IMG/VR virus record: IMGVR_UViG_3300028573_000014
Coordinates: 1-64,000 of that record
Source of the DNA: a virus
DNA length: 64,000 nucleotides
Reading direction: 5' to 3' (one strand)
A program made the position numbers and the translations under genes. The notes beneath the pieces were generated by a model, which saw only the letters and a program-made list of their open reading frames with translations, did no database searches and was not told the origin of the DNA. Below are positions 1 through 9,512 of the stretch, one piece after another. Position 1 is the first letter of the stretch; every line of letters begins with the position of its first letter.

Positions 1-421
1 TTGCGCCACAGATCCGATACACATGGGAGAGAAAGGTTCACGGAGGATGTCCGGTTTGTGCTAGCCTGCCCCGTCATCTGATTCCGCTTGCCCCTTCTCT
101 CCGCTATATTGGGTTCCGTTGTTAAAGTGCGGTTCGCTTTGATTACCGTGAGCGCTCACCACAAACCTCTCACTGATGCCCGTTCAGACGTTCCTATGAG
201 GTGGACCTTCATCATACATCTGTTCTAAATGGGAGTCAAGAAATTGGATTACCGTCGAGGTCCATGTGCCACTCATCGAGTTTTTGACAGGTAAGATGGC
301 ATAGCCAGATCCAGCGATCATGCAGGACAGTCTGATCAATGAACAACAGAATGCGGATTGCAATGCGGTTGAATAACATTTGAGACTCCTTTTATTGTCA
401 GTATAGCATATTTTTTGACAG

Positions 422-450
422 TTGACTGAGTATGCAGATGCGCATATAAT
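422..450 (+). promoter_or_regulatory. sigma70-type promoter for the RHH/par operon
   Basis: TTGACT-17bp-TATAAT; overlapped by inverted repeat AGTATGC(429-435)/GCATACT(453-459); a divergent extended -10 (TGCTATACT) lies on - near 400-408. Confidence 0.75.
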
Positions 451-472
451 AAGCATACTACGGAGGCAAGAT

Positions 473-640
473 ATGGCAAATGATCGTACAAGTGTAGTCC
501 TGACCGATCAAGACCGCGAATATATCAAGGAGATCAAAAACATAGAAAATCTGGACAACGATTCGAGCGCCATCCGCTGGGCAATCCGGCAGCAGGTCAA
601 ACGTTCAAGAAAGAAATTGCTCAAGCAGCAACAGAGTTAA
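473..640 (+). CDS. CopG/ribbon-helix-helix DNA-binding protein
   Basis: GGAGG SD then ATG at 473; RTSVVLTDQDREYI...SSAIRWAI fits the RHH pattern. Confidence 0.7.
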   Translation: MANDRTSVVLTDQDREYIKEIKNIENLDNDSSAIRWAIRQQVKRSRKKLLKQQQS

Positions 641-658
641 GGATAGCTGCAAAATAAA

Positions 659-690
659 GGACGTGTTCCCTGTAGGCTGGGAACACGTCC
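659..690. promoter_or_regulatory. Perfect 12-bp inverted repeat (hairpin or operator) before parM
   Basis: GGACGTGTTCCC-tgtaggct-GGGAACACGTCC. Confidence 0.7.
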
Positions 691-727
691 GGTCAAAAGG
701 AAACTCAACACAAAAGGATTATAGCAC

Positions 728-1852
728 ATGGTTATCAAATCTAAGCGAAGCATCATCCAGGAAGATGCACCTATCATTGAAATTCCCACGCTGCCTGGTT
801 ATGTTCTTGAGCACATGAGAGAGATTATTGAGAACATCCTCAATGGCAATCTCCTCCTGCTGGGATTGGATGTCGGATACGGTGTAACGAAAGCTCTGTC
901 ATGGGGATTTGAACCGATCCTGTTCAAAACTCTGTACGGTTACGGGCGTGACCTCGGTTATGACACCGACAAAATCTTGAAGCAAAACCCTGGCGAATCC
1001 ATTATTACCGAGGAAGGCAAATGGTTCGTGGGGAAACTTGCCTCAACTCACCTTGCGGCCCGTGAACAGCTATCTCTCCGTGGACGCGATGATGCCAATG
1101 TAGTGCGTCGGCTCATGATGCTGGCTGCTATTGGAAAGATGTTCCCTGGCCTCTATCGCAATGACCCTATTCGCGTCATTGTCGCCACGGGATTGCCCGA
1201 AGGTCATATGAAGGGCGCAGATCGCCTGAAGCATGAACTGGTCGGGCACTGGATGGTCGAGACAGATCAATCTCGCTTCCCAGTTGAGATCGAGTATGTC
1301 AGCGTGATGCCGCAGCCCACGGGCACAATCAATGCTTACAGCCTGCTCCCCAATGGCGCAGAAAATCCGCGCTTTATCTTCAACAAGATTGCAGTTGTGG
1401 ACAATGGGAAGTTCTCTGTTGACCTGAGCACCGAAGAAGCTGCGCTGCATGTAGAGGCACAATCGGGCACTTCTGAGACGGGAATGCACACTGCCTTTGA
1501 GCGTCTTGCCAATCGATACAACACGATGTTCGGAGAGTATCCAGAAGATCGCACTGTCGAAAGCATCCTGCTCAATGATGGCAAGTTCAAAGTCTATGGC
1601 GAAGCGCAGGATTGGAGCGCGGAAGTCGCAGATGACTTGAAGCCAATGCGCGAAGCTACCATTGCGCTGTGCCGCGAAAAGATTGGTCGGGCAGCCCAGC
1701 ATGAACTGATTCTCAATGTCGGTGGTCCTGCACCCCTGGTAAAAGAGCAGATCAAAAAGGAGTATCGGCAGGCCATGATGCCCGATCACTCCCAGACAAC
1801 AAACGCACTCGGATACCTGCATTACGCCAGCTTTATCGCCAGCGAATTATAG
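728..1852 (+). CDS. parM: ParM/StbA-family actin-like partition ATPase
   Basis: GLDVGYGVTK phosphate-1 loop, VATGLP, VMPQPTG, VVDNGKFSVD, VGGPA, NALGY actin-fold motifs. Confidence 0.9.
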   Translation: MVIKSKRSIIQEDAPIIEIPTLPGYVLEHMREIIENILNGNLLLLGLDVGYGVTKALSWGFEPILFKTLYGYGRDLGYDTDKILKQNPGESIITEEGKWFVGKLASTHLAAREQLSLRGRDDANVVRRLMMLAAIGKMFPGLYRNDPIRVIVATGLPEGHMKGADRLKHELVGHWMVETDQSRFPVEIEYVSVMPQPTGTINAYSLLPNGAENPRFIFNKIAVVDNGKFSVDLSTEEAALHVEAQSGTSETGMHTAFERLANRYNTMFGEYPEDRTVESILLNDGKFKVYGEAQDWSAEVADDLKPMREATIALCREKIGRAAQHELILNVGGPAPLVKEQIKKEYRQAMMPDHSQTTNALGYLHYASFIASEL

Positions 1853-1854
1853 GG

Positions 1855-1891
1855 GTGTTACAACCGTAACACACGTAATACGTCTGTAACA
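1855..1891. repeat. GTTAC/GTAAC palindromic boxes, candidate parC or operator
   Basis: GTGTTAC-aacc-GTAACAC plus CGTAATACG and TGTAACAC between parM and the parR-like gene. Confidence 0.5.
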
Positions 1892-1905
1892 CCGAGGAGC
1901 GTGGC

Positions 1906-2283
1906 ATGGCAAAAACAAGGCACAGGATCGCCATAAACGCATGGCTTTACCCTGAACGGGACAGTATGCTGATCGAGAGACTGAAAGACTATCAGGGAGA
2001 CAGAGCCACGTTGATTGTCAAGGCGCTGGAGAATTATCTGGAAATCCCCGCCGATCAGCGTCGTGATCCGGCAGAAAGACTCGTGGAGGAGATTGCGCAA
2101 CTTCGGCAGGCGATCAATCTTCTTCCGAGTCGACTATTGAACCAGCTTACAACATCACTGGCCGGTCTTGTTATCCGAAATCGCGGGAAGGATGACGATG
2201 ATAGCGAACTGGACACAAAGCCAGTGGTTACAGATGCTGAATTGAAGCGCCGAAGAGAAAATCGTTTAGCCAACAGATGGTAA
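1906..2283 (+). CDS. ParR-like centromere-binding adaptor
   Basis: Small ORF directly after parM; N-terminal RHH-like segment (IAINAWLYPERD...RATLIVKALENY), coiled coil and charged tail. Confidence 0.65.
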   Translation: MAKTRHRIAINAWLYPERDSMLIERLKDYQGDRATLIVKALENYLEIPADQRRDPAERLVEEIAQLRQAINLLPSRLLNQLTTSLAGLVIRNRGKDDDDSELDTKPVVTDAELKRRRENRLANRW

Positions 2284-2294
2284 GGAGAATGTCT

Positions 2295-3236
2295 ATGAAA
2301 CACAATCTACTTCGCGGTATCACCCTTATTGCCTTCGCCCTGCTTATGGTCGCCTCTACCGAGGTGTCCGCCCGTATGCTGTCACCTCGTCCAACCGAGA
2401 ATGACTTTCTGCGCCAACACGCGCCTGTAATCGATAATATGATCGCCATCGCGCCACTTCGCATCGATGACAAGCTGCCAGACTATAGCAGTCCGCTGCT
2501 CAACGTCCGCAATGGTGAGCGTGTCACGGCTGGGCAACCATTGGTAGCCACACACGATATTTATATGTTCGGCAGTTCAACGCTATTTGGCTTCCTGAAC
2601 TCGGATGAAGAAACCCTGTCCAGCCAACTCCAACGCCTTATCCCCGATGCACGTATCCATAACATGGGACTGGTCGCAGACAACGCGACTCTGATGCTAG
2701 CTCATCTCAAGCATACAAAATTGCATCCAGGGGATTCGGTAATTTTCTACACTGGAAGTATGGAATTGATCAATGCCGCGCGTGAACTGGATGGGCAGCA
2801 CTATGATTTCTGTCGCTCTGCATTGTCGATGGCAAATGACATCCATCTACTGCACTGGTTATGCGATAATCGCATCACTCCTGTACCGCTGGACGACCAG
2901 ACTCGCGATGATATTGTCAGCCACTATGACAGTGCCATTACGCGAGCTCGCCAGTACACTGAGCAGGCAGGCGCAGCCTTTTACAACTTCCTTGAGCCAA
3001 CGCAGGCAATGGGAGCGCGGCAAACGTTCTTCAGTTCGACTTATGACGTGGACACAGCCACAGCCTATTCGCTGTATCCAATGCTGTATCCACTGCTGAG
3101 GCAGACTGGCGCTATCGACTTAAGCCGCCGCCTGGACAACGTGCCAGGGGCTTACATCGATGACTGGCATACCACGGGATCGGCAAATGCTTTGATAGCT
3201 CAAAGTATCAAACAGCATTTGATACTTCCGATCTAA
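2295..3236 (+). CDS. Membrane-anchored SGNH/GDSL hydrolase-like protein
   Basis: N-terminal TM/signal; MFGSSTLFG block I, HNMG block II, YIDDWHTT DxH motif. Confidence 0.7.
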   Translation: MKHNLLRGITLIAFALLMVASTEVSARMLSPRPTENDFLRQHAPVIDNMIAIAPLRIDDKLPDYSSPLLNVRNGERVTAGQPLVATHDIYMFGSSTLFGFLNSDEETLSSQLQRLIPDARIHNMGLVADNATLMLAHLKHTKLHPGDSVIFYTGSMELINAARELDGQHYDFCRSALSMANDIHLLHWLCDNRITPVPLDDQTRDDIVSHYDSAITRARQYTEQAGAAFYNFLEPTQAMGARQTFFSSTYDVDTATAYSLYPMLYPLLRQTGAIDLSRRLDNVPGAYIDDWHTTGSANALIAQSIKQHLILPI

Positions 3237-3280
3237 TCATCTCTCCACGTCCAGGACGACCCCGACTTCCAGTATTGTCC

Positions 3281-3323
3281 CCGCCGTGGCTTGCGCTGAA
3301 ACAACCAGCGCAGGAAACGGCGG
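3281..3323. terminator. GC-rich hairpin between convergent genes
   Basis: CCGCCGT..TGCGCTG-aaacaac-CAGCGCA..ACGGCGG. Confidence 0.55.
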
Positions 3324-3324
3324 A

Positions 3325-4635
3325 TCATAGCGTTAGATTGTTGTAACACCAGTCGGCTCCCTGAAATGCGCCTGTGCCATTGAGAACCCACGCCATCACC
3401 GGAATCCCCGCATTACCAAGCAATCGATAAGCATTGAGAACTGCCACAGGGGTCACAACTGCGGACCCTACAGGACCAATCTCGGTCCCAATAACGGGCT
3501 TGTTCCCAAACATCTGCCGCCACGCATTGATCGGCGGATTGAAGTCTGAGCCATCGTTCTTTTCCCAGTAACAATGCACGCCAACCCAGTCCGCAGATCG
3601 CACGGCTGCCGCAGCATCTGCGATAAACTGGATCTCATTCACGCGCACGCCTGCATAAGCTGGTCCGGGTGAGGTTGCCGGAAACCCTATCTTGCAACCG
3701 GGAAACGCATTCCGGTAAGTCTGCGCCACAGTAGCAAAGAACGAGGCGAAGCCTGCCCCATTCTGCCAGCCAACGGACAGTCCTTCACTGACAAGGTTCG
3801 GCTCGTTGTGCAGGGCAATCATCATGCCTGGTGCGCTGCCCAGTGCGGCATAGTATTCACGCAGGATCGGCATTGTGATATCCAGAAAGTGTTGAGCAGT
3901 AGAGATTGGCGACGTTGTACTGGCCCGCACGATAAGTTGTTTGATGCCTGCGGCCCGTACTTTCGGGATTAAATCTGCTGCCACGGCCTGATTATAAGCA
4001 ACAGCCAGCGCGACTTCGATATTGTTCCTCTGGATGAGCGCCAGTTCAGTGGGACTGGTCGTCCAGCCTCCGGCATTCAGGCCAACGCCGCGCATCGAAG
4101 CGCTAAAAGGCAGAGTCCACGGTAGGCTGGGCGGAAGTGGCGCTGGTGTAGGCTGCGGTACCGGCACCGGAGTCCCATCTGGAACAAGTACAACAAATTT
4201 TGCTGCAATCCAGCGCTGATCGCTCGTAGCCAGTTGATACCATGTGTAGCCATCGGCAATCTGGGAAACGTGGGCATACACAACTATGGTAACGCCTGCT
4301 GCGAGAGTCGTGACAACCGGATTGCTCAGTCCTGGACCGCTCCGCACTCGCAAACTGTCCGTGGTTTTCACCTTCATGGTGTCACCATTGGTAGCAGGCG
4401 GAACTGGTGTGGGCACTACAATGTCCAGTGGTTGTACAGTGGGCGCACCCGTGGCAGTCGCTGTAGCGATGTACCCGATATGTGGCGAAGTCACATGTAG
4501 CCATGCCATATCGGGCGCATAGCTATCGACTACTGCATGATCTCCATTAAAGAGGGCAGACGAGGCATTGAAGCCTACGCCTGCACCATCTCGCACATTG
4601 ATCGCATGTACAATTACCTGGACAACAACACTCAT
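3325..4635 (-). CDS. Putative endolysin: two SH3b-like domains plus clan GH-A glycoside hydrolase domain
   Basis: INVRDGAG and LRVRSGPG SH3b motifs, Pro-rich linkers, HNEPN acid/base, GVHCYW, IGTEIG nucleophile; next to holin-like gene. Confidence 0.7.
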   Translation of the reverse strand: MSVVVQVIVHAINVRDGAGVGFNASSALFNGDHAVVDSYAPDMAWLHVTSPHIGYIATATATGAPTVQPLDIVVPTPVPPATNGDTMKVKTTDSLRVRSGPGLSNPVVTTLAAGVTIVVYAHVSQIADGYTWYQLATSDQRWIAAKFVVLVPDGTPVPVPQPTPAPLPPSLPWTLPFSASMRGVGLNAGGWTTSPTELALIQRNNIEVALAVAYNQAVAADLIPKVRAAGIKQLIVRASTTSPISTAQHFLDITMPILREYYAALGSAPGMMIALHNEPNLVSEGLSVGWQNGAGFASFFATVAQTYRNAFPGCKIGFPATSPGPAYAGVRVNEIQFIADAAAAVRSADWVGVHCYWEKNDGSDFNPPINAWRQMFGNKPVIGTEIGPVGSAVVTPVAVLNAYRLLGNAGIPVMAWVLNGTGAFQGADWCYNNLTL

Positions 4636-5102
4636 TAGCCGTGTGGCTCCGCTCCAACATCAAGAGACTTCGTGGACTTTTTGGCTATGGTGTTGTTCGC
4701 TTTCACTGCGGCTTTTGTCGTAACCGTTATTGTATAAGCCTTAGCGAAAGCGTCCCGACCCATGAGAAAGCGCATACCGAGCAATTGCATACCGAACCAT
4801 ATTTGACCAATGGCCTGCGGAGCATAGTAAGCAGCAATCGCAGTTGCCAGAATTGCCCATAAGGGTTGGATGGCCGTCACGAAAGCAGGGGCAAACAGGG
4901 TAAGCCCATAGCTTGCCAGACCATCGACAATAAAGACGATGAACCGAACGAAGTTTTTCTGGTCAGGTGTGTCGTTGCTGGCAAACTCAGTGATGACGAG
5001 ATTTGCGAACAACGCGATAACGGCTGGCATCAGCAGCCATGCGCCCAGTTGGGTAAAATCGGTTGGGATAGGCGGAATTGCCTGAGCAAAGATGTGAAAC
5101 AT
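4635..5102 (-). CDS. Putative holin
   Basis: About three hydrophobic segments, basic C-terminus, directly upstream of the endolysin. Confidence 0.6.
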   Translation of the reverse strand: MFHIFAQAIPPIPTDFTQLGAWLLMPAVIALFANLVITEFASNDTPDQKNFVRFIVFIVDGLASYGLTLFAPAFVTAIQPLWAILATAIAAYYAPQAIGQIWFGMQLLGMRFLMGRDAFAKAYTITVTTKAAVKANNTIAKKSTKSLDVGAEPHG

Positions 5103-5225
5103 AGTTCTCTCCTTAACTTAACGCCTTATGGCGTATAATCGACCCATGAAAGACGAACGATTCCTGCGTGCTGCACTTGGCTTACTGTGTCTTATTGCTT
5201 GCGAGGTGATCTATCTTGTTCAGAT

Positions 5226-5723
5226 TCACCTGCTGCATCCATAATGCAAGCCATATAAATAGGCGTAGTGCTGCCATACGCCATTCCAGTTGCCGTAATC
5301 CTCCGCGCCGATTGAGTCAATGGAGTGAGGATAGTCTTCGGTCAATTCCATATCGACAAAGGGATGTTGACTGGTAGCCGTGAGCACACAGGTTATATCT
5401 GGCTCAACGACACGTACCTGACTAAGTTTCATCCTCACTGCATTTTCGACATCAGCAGTGCTGAATGAAACATTTAGCGTGTGATTATGGGTCATGATAC
5501 AGCCCTGACATACACTTGTGTCGATACGTACATCATCGGCAGTGCCATTGTCATAACGAGCCAGGATGTCACCGTTGGCATTGAACAGAATCGCGTGCTC
5601 TGTAGGCAAGCCTTGAATAGTGGCCTCGGCAATGCGAATTTTGACCAGTGGAGACTGAGTCGCACTGATCGGAGTGGGTAGAAAAGTACCGAGTAGAAAG
5701 ACGAGAATGAATAGTTTGCGCAT
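5226..5723 (-). CDS. Secreted protein with JAB/MPN-like metal motif
   Basis: Signal peptide; EHAILFNANG...THNHT..SFSTAD (E...HxH...S..D). Confidence 0.5.
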   Translation of the reverse strand: MRKLFILVFLLGTFLPTPISATQSPLVKIRIAEATIQGLPTEHAILFNANGDILARYDNGTADDVRIDTSVCQGCIMTHNHTLNVSFSTADVENAVRMKLSQVRVVEPDITCVLTATSQHPFVDMELTEDYPHSIDSIGAEDYGNWNGVWQHYAYLYGLHYGCSR

Positions 5724-5751
5724 AGTAGTTTCTCCTTGATATATCTACAGT

Positions 5752-6027
5752 CTACGCTTCTTTGGGCTGCTGTTCCTGACTATCCACTGATACTTCGCGC
5801 CCATTTTTCGCAGATACAGACGCGAGAAGCGCAGCGTGTTCTGCTTCAAGGTAGTCAATCGCTTTCTGACAGCGCTCGACTGCTTTGATCTGCATTTCCA
5901 TCCTCTGCTCATCATCCAACACCTTAAAGGTGCGATAACGCAACGCTTCCATGTCTCGTTCAACCTTCCATGCGTGCAGAAGATTCTCGTTGTTGAAAAG
6001 CTGTTCCTGAAGTGTTATGTCTGTCAT
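5752..6027 (-). CDS. Small coiled-coil protein following the tail fibre
   Basis: AGGAG SD, helical heptads; function by position only. Confidence 0.5.
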   Translation of the reverse strand: MTDITLQEQLFNNENLLHAWKVERDMEALRYRTFKVLDDEQRMEMQIKAVERCQKAIDYLEAEHAALLASVSAKNGREVSVDSQEQQPKEA

Positions 6028-6035
6028 TTTTTCTC

Positions 6036-9000
6036 CTATGCTGCTGCTGGCAGCCATTCCCACGGCGCGAATTGCGCCAATATGTCATTTGTCGTTCCGC
6101 CTGTGCCGACCTGTCCAGTGACTTTAAATACCTGATCGTTAGATAGCGTCAGCCCTGTCACCGGAAGATAAACAGGCGAAGCAGCCATTGTCGTATTTGT
6201 CGATATGCGACAACTCGTTTTTACGCTGCTGCTACTATCGCGTGTAATTAGCACTTCTATGATCATGACCGCGTTAGCGAGAGAGGTGGCGACGGCTGCT
6301 GGCTGATAAATGGGAGTGCCACCGAAATCGACTTCGATCTGCTTGGTTCGAGCGTTATTGGCAAAGGTGATTGTGATGGTAGTGCGAAGCGTGTCACCAT
6401 TATTGACGAGCGTGTTGCCTTTGACTGTATGTGTGAACAGGTCAGTCTTTGTGGTGGTCGAATTGGAGACAGCAGTAACATCAGTGAAGATCATTCCGCC
6501 GACACGCGGAAGGTTTGTCGTCTGCGTGCCCGCTGCGATTGCTACAATGTCGCCAAGATGCACGATCCCGCTGTTTGTGAATATGGCGTAATTCGCTGCA
6601 CCCGTTGTGAGAGATTCAACATACAATCCATATTGCGTTGATACAGTTGCACCGACATTGCCTTTAACGCCGTTTCCAGCATAAAACGCATAATTACTAA
6701 TAGTGCCAGTATAGCTAGCGTTTGTATCAATACGTGCATAGATACCCGCTACGATTGTTATGTTTTTACTGGTCCCAGCGTTGTCGCTAATTGTTGGGAT
6801 AAACAACATCCCAAAGAGAGTATTTAAATTAGCGGTAGGTTTTGCAGTTGCCTGGGCACTAATAATAGGTAATCCGTCAGTACCTTGCAAAATCGTTGGC
6901 GAAAAACTGATGCCAGCCTGATTCGTGACTGTTGCAGAGACAGATACAGCTAACACACCACTCGCCAGACCTGTGCCTGTGACGCTAAATTGTGACGCTG
7001 TTATCGCCGCCGGGGTCGTGCCGCCGATAGCGGGTGGCGTGGTCAGTGCCGTGGTCAGGTCAGCGCTGGCAATTGTGCGCACGCTGACAACGTGACTACC
7101 GTCCTGTGCGAGAAAAGACGTAGCGCCACCCGTTGCACTCAGGTCTTGTCCTGTGCCGCCCTTTGCGGTTGACAGGATGCCTGTCAGAACCGAGATGGCA
7201 AGCGTGCCACCGCCCGCCGCGTTGGTGTGGTTGTGAGTGGAATTTGTGAAGTCAGCAATCGTCGGCGTGGTCAGCGTCTTGTTTGTGAGCGTCTGCGTTG
7301 CTGTGAGTGTGACAAGCGTGTCAGTTACATCAGGCAGCGTGTACGTGCGCGTTGTTGCTGTTGTGATGCTGGATAGTTGAAATTGCGCTTGTTTGGTCGT
7401 ATCGCCATCGTCTTGCAGGGTAAATAGCGTGTCTTTGAGTGTGACGGTATTAGTGTTGCCAATGGTCTTATTGGACAGCGATTCTGTACCCGTTGGGCTG
7501 GTATAATCCGTACCCGCCGCTGCAATGCTCTGTATGCCCGTTGTGGTCGTATTCTTGACGATGCCAGTGCCCAGCGCGCCCATAACCTGAGCGTTGGGTA
7601 CGTTGCTATCGGCAGTCCGCAAAAGGAATTGGGCGGGTAGTGTAGCGGCCTGTGAACCAGTACCAGGGCCAGCCGTTACGCCGCCTGTAAGCTGATTGAT
7701 GCCCGCGCCCTGAAACTTGACGAAAGTGACAGCAGTTACACCGATGGTAATCGCAGATGAATTGGAACACAGGAATGCTGTATCAGCATTAACTGTGCCT
7801 TGCAAGGCGAACGCATACGCCCCGATGAGTTCAGCGCTAGTATTTGCATCTACGGTGCGCGTGAGCACAAAGGATACGCCGACAGCACCCGCTGTAGTGC
7901 AGACGTAGATACCGTTCTGGAACTGTGTTGTCTGATCTTTGACACCGATACGCATTCCGAGCGTAACCGCCACGCCATCCACCGTAAGTACGCCTGTCAA
8001 AACGCCGGTCAGCGTGGCTCCTACGCCCGACGAGCCGTTGACATAAATAGCCGTTGGCAGGGGTGCATTGGTCCACAGAGCGAGGTCGGCTTTCGGGGCG
8101 AGGCCATTGATAGCGTTCTGGACAGCGTTATCGGTGTAAGTCTTCGCTGCCTTTTGTGACGGGATAAGACTATCACTGTTACCAGCAAATGAGCCATCAG
8201 TGGATAGCGATAATCCGGTGTCATTGATTGTGGTTGCGGTAATGTCATCCCACATAGCAAAGTCACCGATCACCGTAGATGGCACGCCTGTAACTGCTCC
8301 ACCCGCCGTGGTTGCATCCCACTGGGTTCCGTTGTAGGTAACAGTGACCGTGCCATAATTGTTGGACAGCACCAGAGTCGAGGCTCCGTTGATGTTGCCC
8401 GATGCAGGCGTTATCGTGATATGGTGAGTAGCAGCATCACCTTTGCCATCATGAATGACATAGGTGACACCCGTGGATGGGGTTGCTGGCAGATTAACCA
8501 CTGTAGCTGCGCCAGACGTTTTGTCAATCGATATAATGTCATCGCTGGTTGCGACTGTGACCGCGCCTGCGGCAGTGACAACCCGTGTCTTGCGCACCTT
8601 GCCAGATTGCGTCGTTTCAATGCCTGGGATAGTGATGTTGTTGCTGTCATCGATGATAACGCCGCTGTTCTGGATAGTGTCCGGCGTTGTACCACCAGGA
8701 TTATCATATCTGGCGATAGCATTGTCAGTCGATGAACCAGGACCAGTGACATTCCCACTGCCGCCTGCACCCTGCACATTGACAAGCTGACGATTGTCCA
8801 TATACGTGTCAGTGTCAAGCACAGTAGTCGCTGTATCTTTGAGGTCATACGACCATGCTGCCGTGCTGCCGGGTGTACACAGTGCCAGCGCTTCATTCAG
8901 GTCATCAACAGTAAGCGCCTGCACCAGAGACACTGGTGTTGAGGCAAACACCTCGGTAGTGGCATAGTCATTCTTAACGAAGATAACTACGCAGCAATGT

Positions 9001-9512
9001 AGGCCAGAGGACGGCACAAAGCTGGTGAGGTCAATGTCATCGCCCTGAAACTCATAGGCGAAGTTGGAGATAATAGGGACCCACTGCCCGATATGGACAA
9101 CCATTGAAGGTTGATCAGTGTTCTGGGAAACACGAAGCGTGGAAAGCTGGTCCTGAGTCGATCCGTCTCCAGCCCCGATAGCCGCAGGGGGATTTTGTAC
9201 TGGGTAGTAGCCCGAAATGACAGCGGCATGAACATCCACGTCATCGATGTAGGGTTCGGTGCTGCCATCGTACTTAATTTTTACATTCAAGCCATCCGTG
9301 AGAGCAGTTGCAAGTTGCTTTGAAGGACCACGTACCAGCGTAGGCGTGGAATAGCCGTTATCCGTCAGAAAACGTACCCAGACTCGTCCTGAGCCGACCC
9401 AGTAGGGATCATTGATATTGCCACTGCCATCTCCCACGATAGCAGTATTCCACTCGATATTGAGGGACTGACGAAAAGCGCCACGTGCGCGACTCTGCAT
9501 TACGTTGCTCAA
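6036..9512 (-). CDS. Tail fibre / receptor-binding protein
   Basis: 1158 aa, Gly/Thr/Ser/Ala-rich, TLTNKTLT repeats, QNGIYV fibre module, last large gene of the tail module. Confidence 0.85.
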   Translation of the reverse strand: MSNVMQSRARGAFRQSLNIEWNTAIVGDGSGNINDPYWVGSGRVWVRFLTDNGYSTPTLVRGPSKQLATALTDGLNVKIKYDGSTEPYIDDVDVHAAVISGYYPVQNPPAAIGAGDGSTQDQLSTLRVSQNTDQPSMVVHIGQWVPIISNFAYEFQGDDIDLTSFVPSSGLHCCVVIFVKNDYATTEVFASTPVSLVQALTVDDLNEALALCTPGSTAAWSYDLKDTATTVLDTDTYMDNRQLVNVQGAGGSGNVTGPGSSTDNAIARYDNPGGTTPDTIQNSGVIIDDSNNITIPGIETTQSGKVRKTRVVTAAGAVTVATSDDIISIDKTSGAATVVNLPATPSTGVTYVIHDGKGDAATHHITITPASGNINGASTLVLSNNYGTVTVTYNGTQWDATTAGGAVTGVPSTVIGDFAMWDDITATTINDTGLSLSTDGSFAGNSDSLIPSQKAAKTYTDNAVQNAINGLAPKADLALWTNAPLPTAIYVNGSSGVGATLTGVLTGVLTVDGVAVTLGMRIGVKDQTTQFQNGIYVCTTAGAVGVSFVLTRTVDANTSAELIGAYAFALQGTVNADTAFLCSNSSAITIGVTAVTFVKFQGAGINQLTGGVTAGPGTGSQAATLPAQFLLRTADSNVPNAQVMGALGTGIVKNTTTTGIQSIAAAGTDYTSPTGTESLSNKTIGNTNTVTLKDTLFTLQDDGDTTKQAQFQLSSITTATTRTYTLPDVTDTLVTLTATQTLTNKTLTTPTIADFTNSTHNHTNAAGGGTLAISVLTGILSTAKGGTGQDLSATGGATSFLAQDGSHVVSVRTIASADLTTALTTPPAIGGTTPAAITASQFSVTGTGLASGVLAVSVSATVTNQAGISFSPTILQGTDGLPIISAQATAKPTANLNTLFGMLFIPTISDNAGTSKNITIVAGIYARIDTNASYTGTISNYAFYAGNGVKGNVGATVSTQYGLYVESLTTGAANYAIFTNSGIVHLGDIVAIAAGTQTTNLPRVGGMIFTDVTAVSNSTTTKTDLFTHTVKGNTLVNNGDTLRTTITITFANNARTKQIEVDFGGTPIYQPAAVATSLANAVMIIEVLITRDSSSSVKTSCRISTNTTMAASPVYLPVTGLTLSNDQVFKVTGQVGTGGTTNDILAQFAPWEWLPAAA

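Noticed and set aside
1070-1822. 250-aa minus-strand ORF
   Set aside because: Antisense shadow of parM with no motifs
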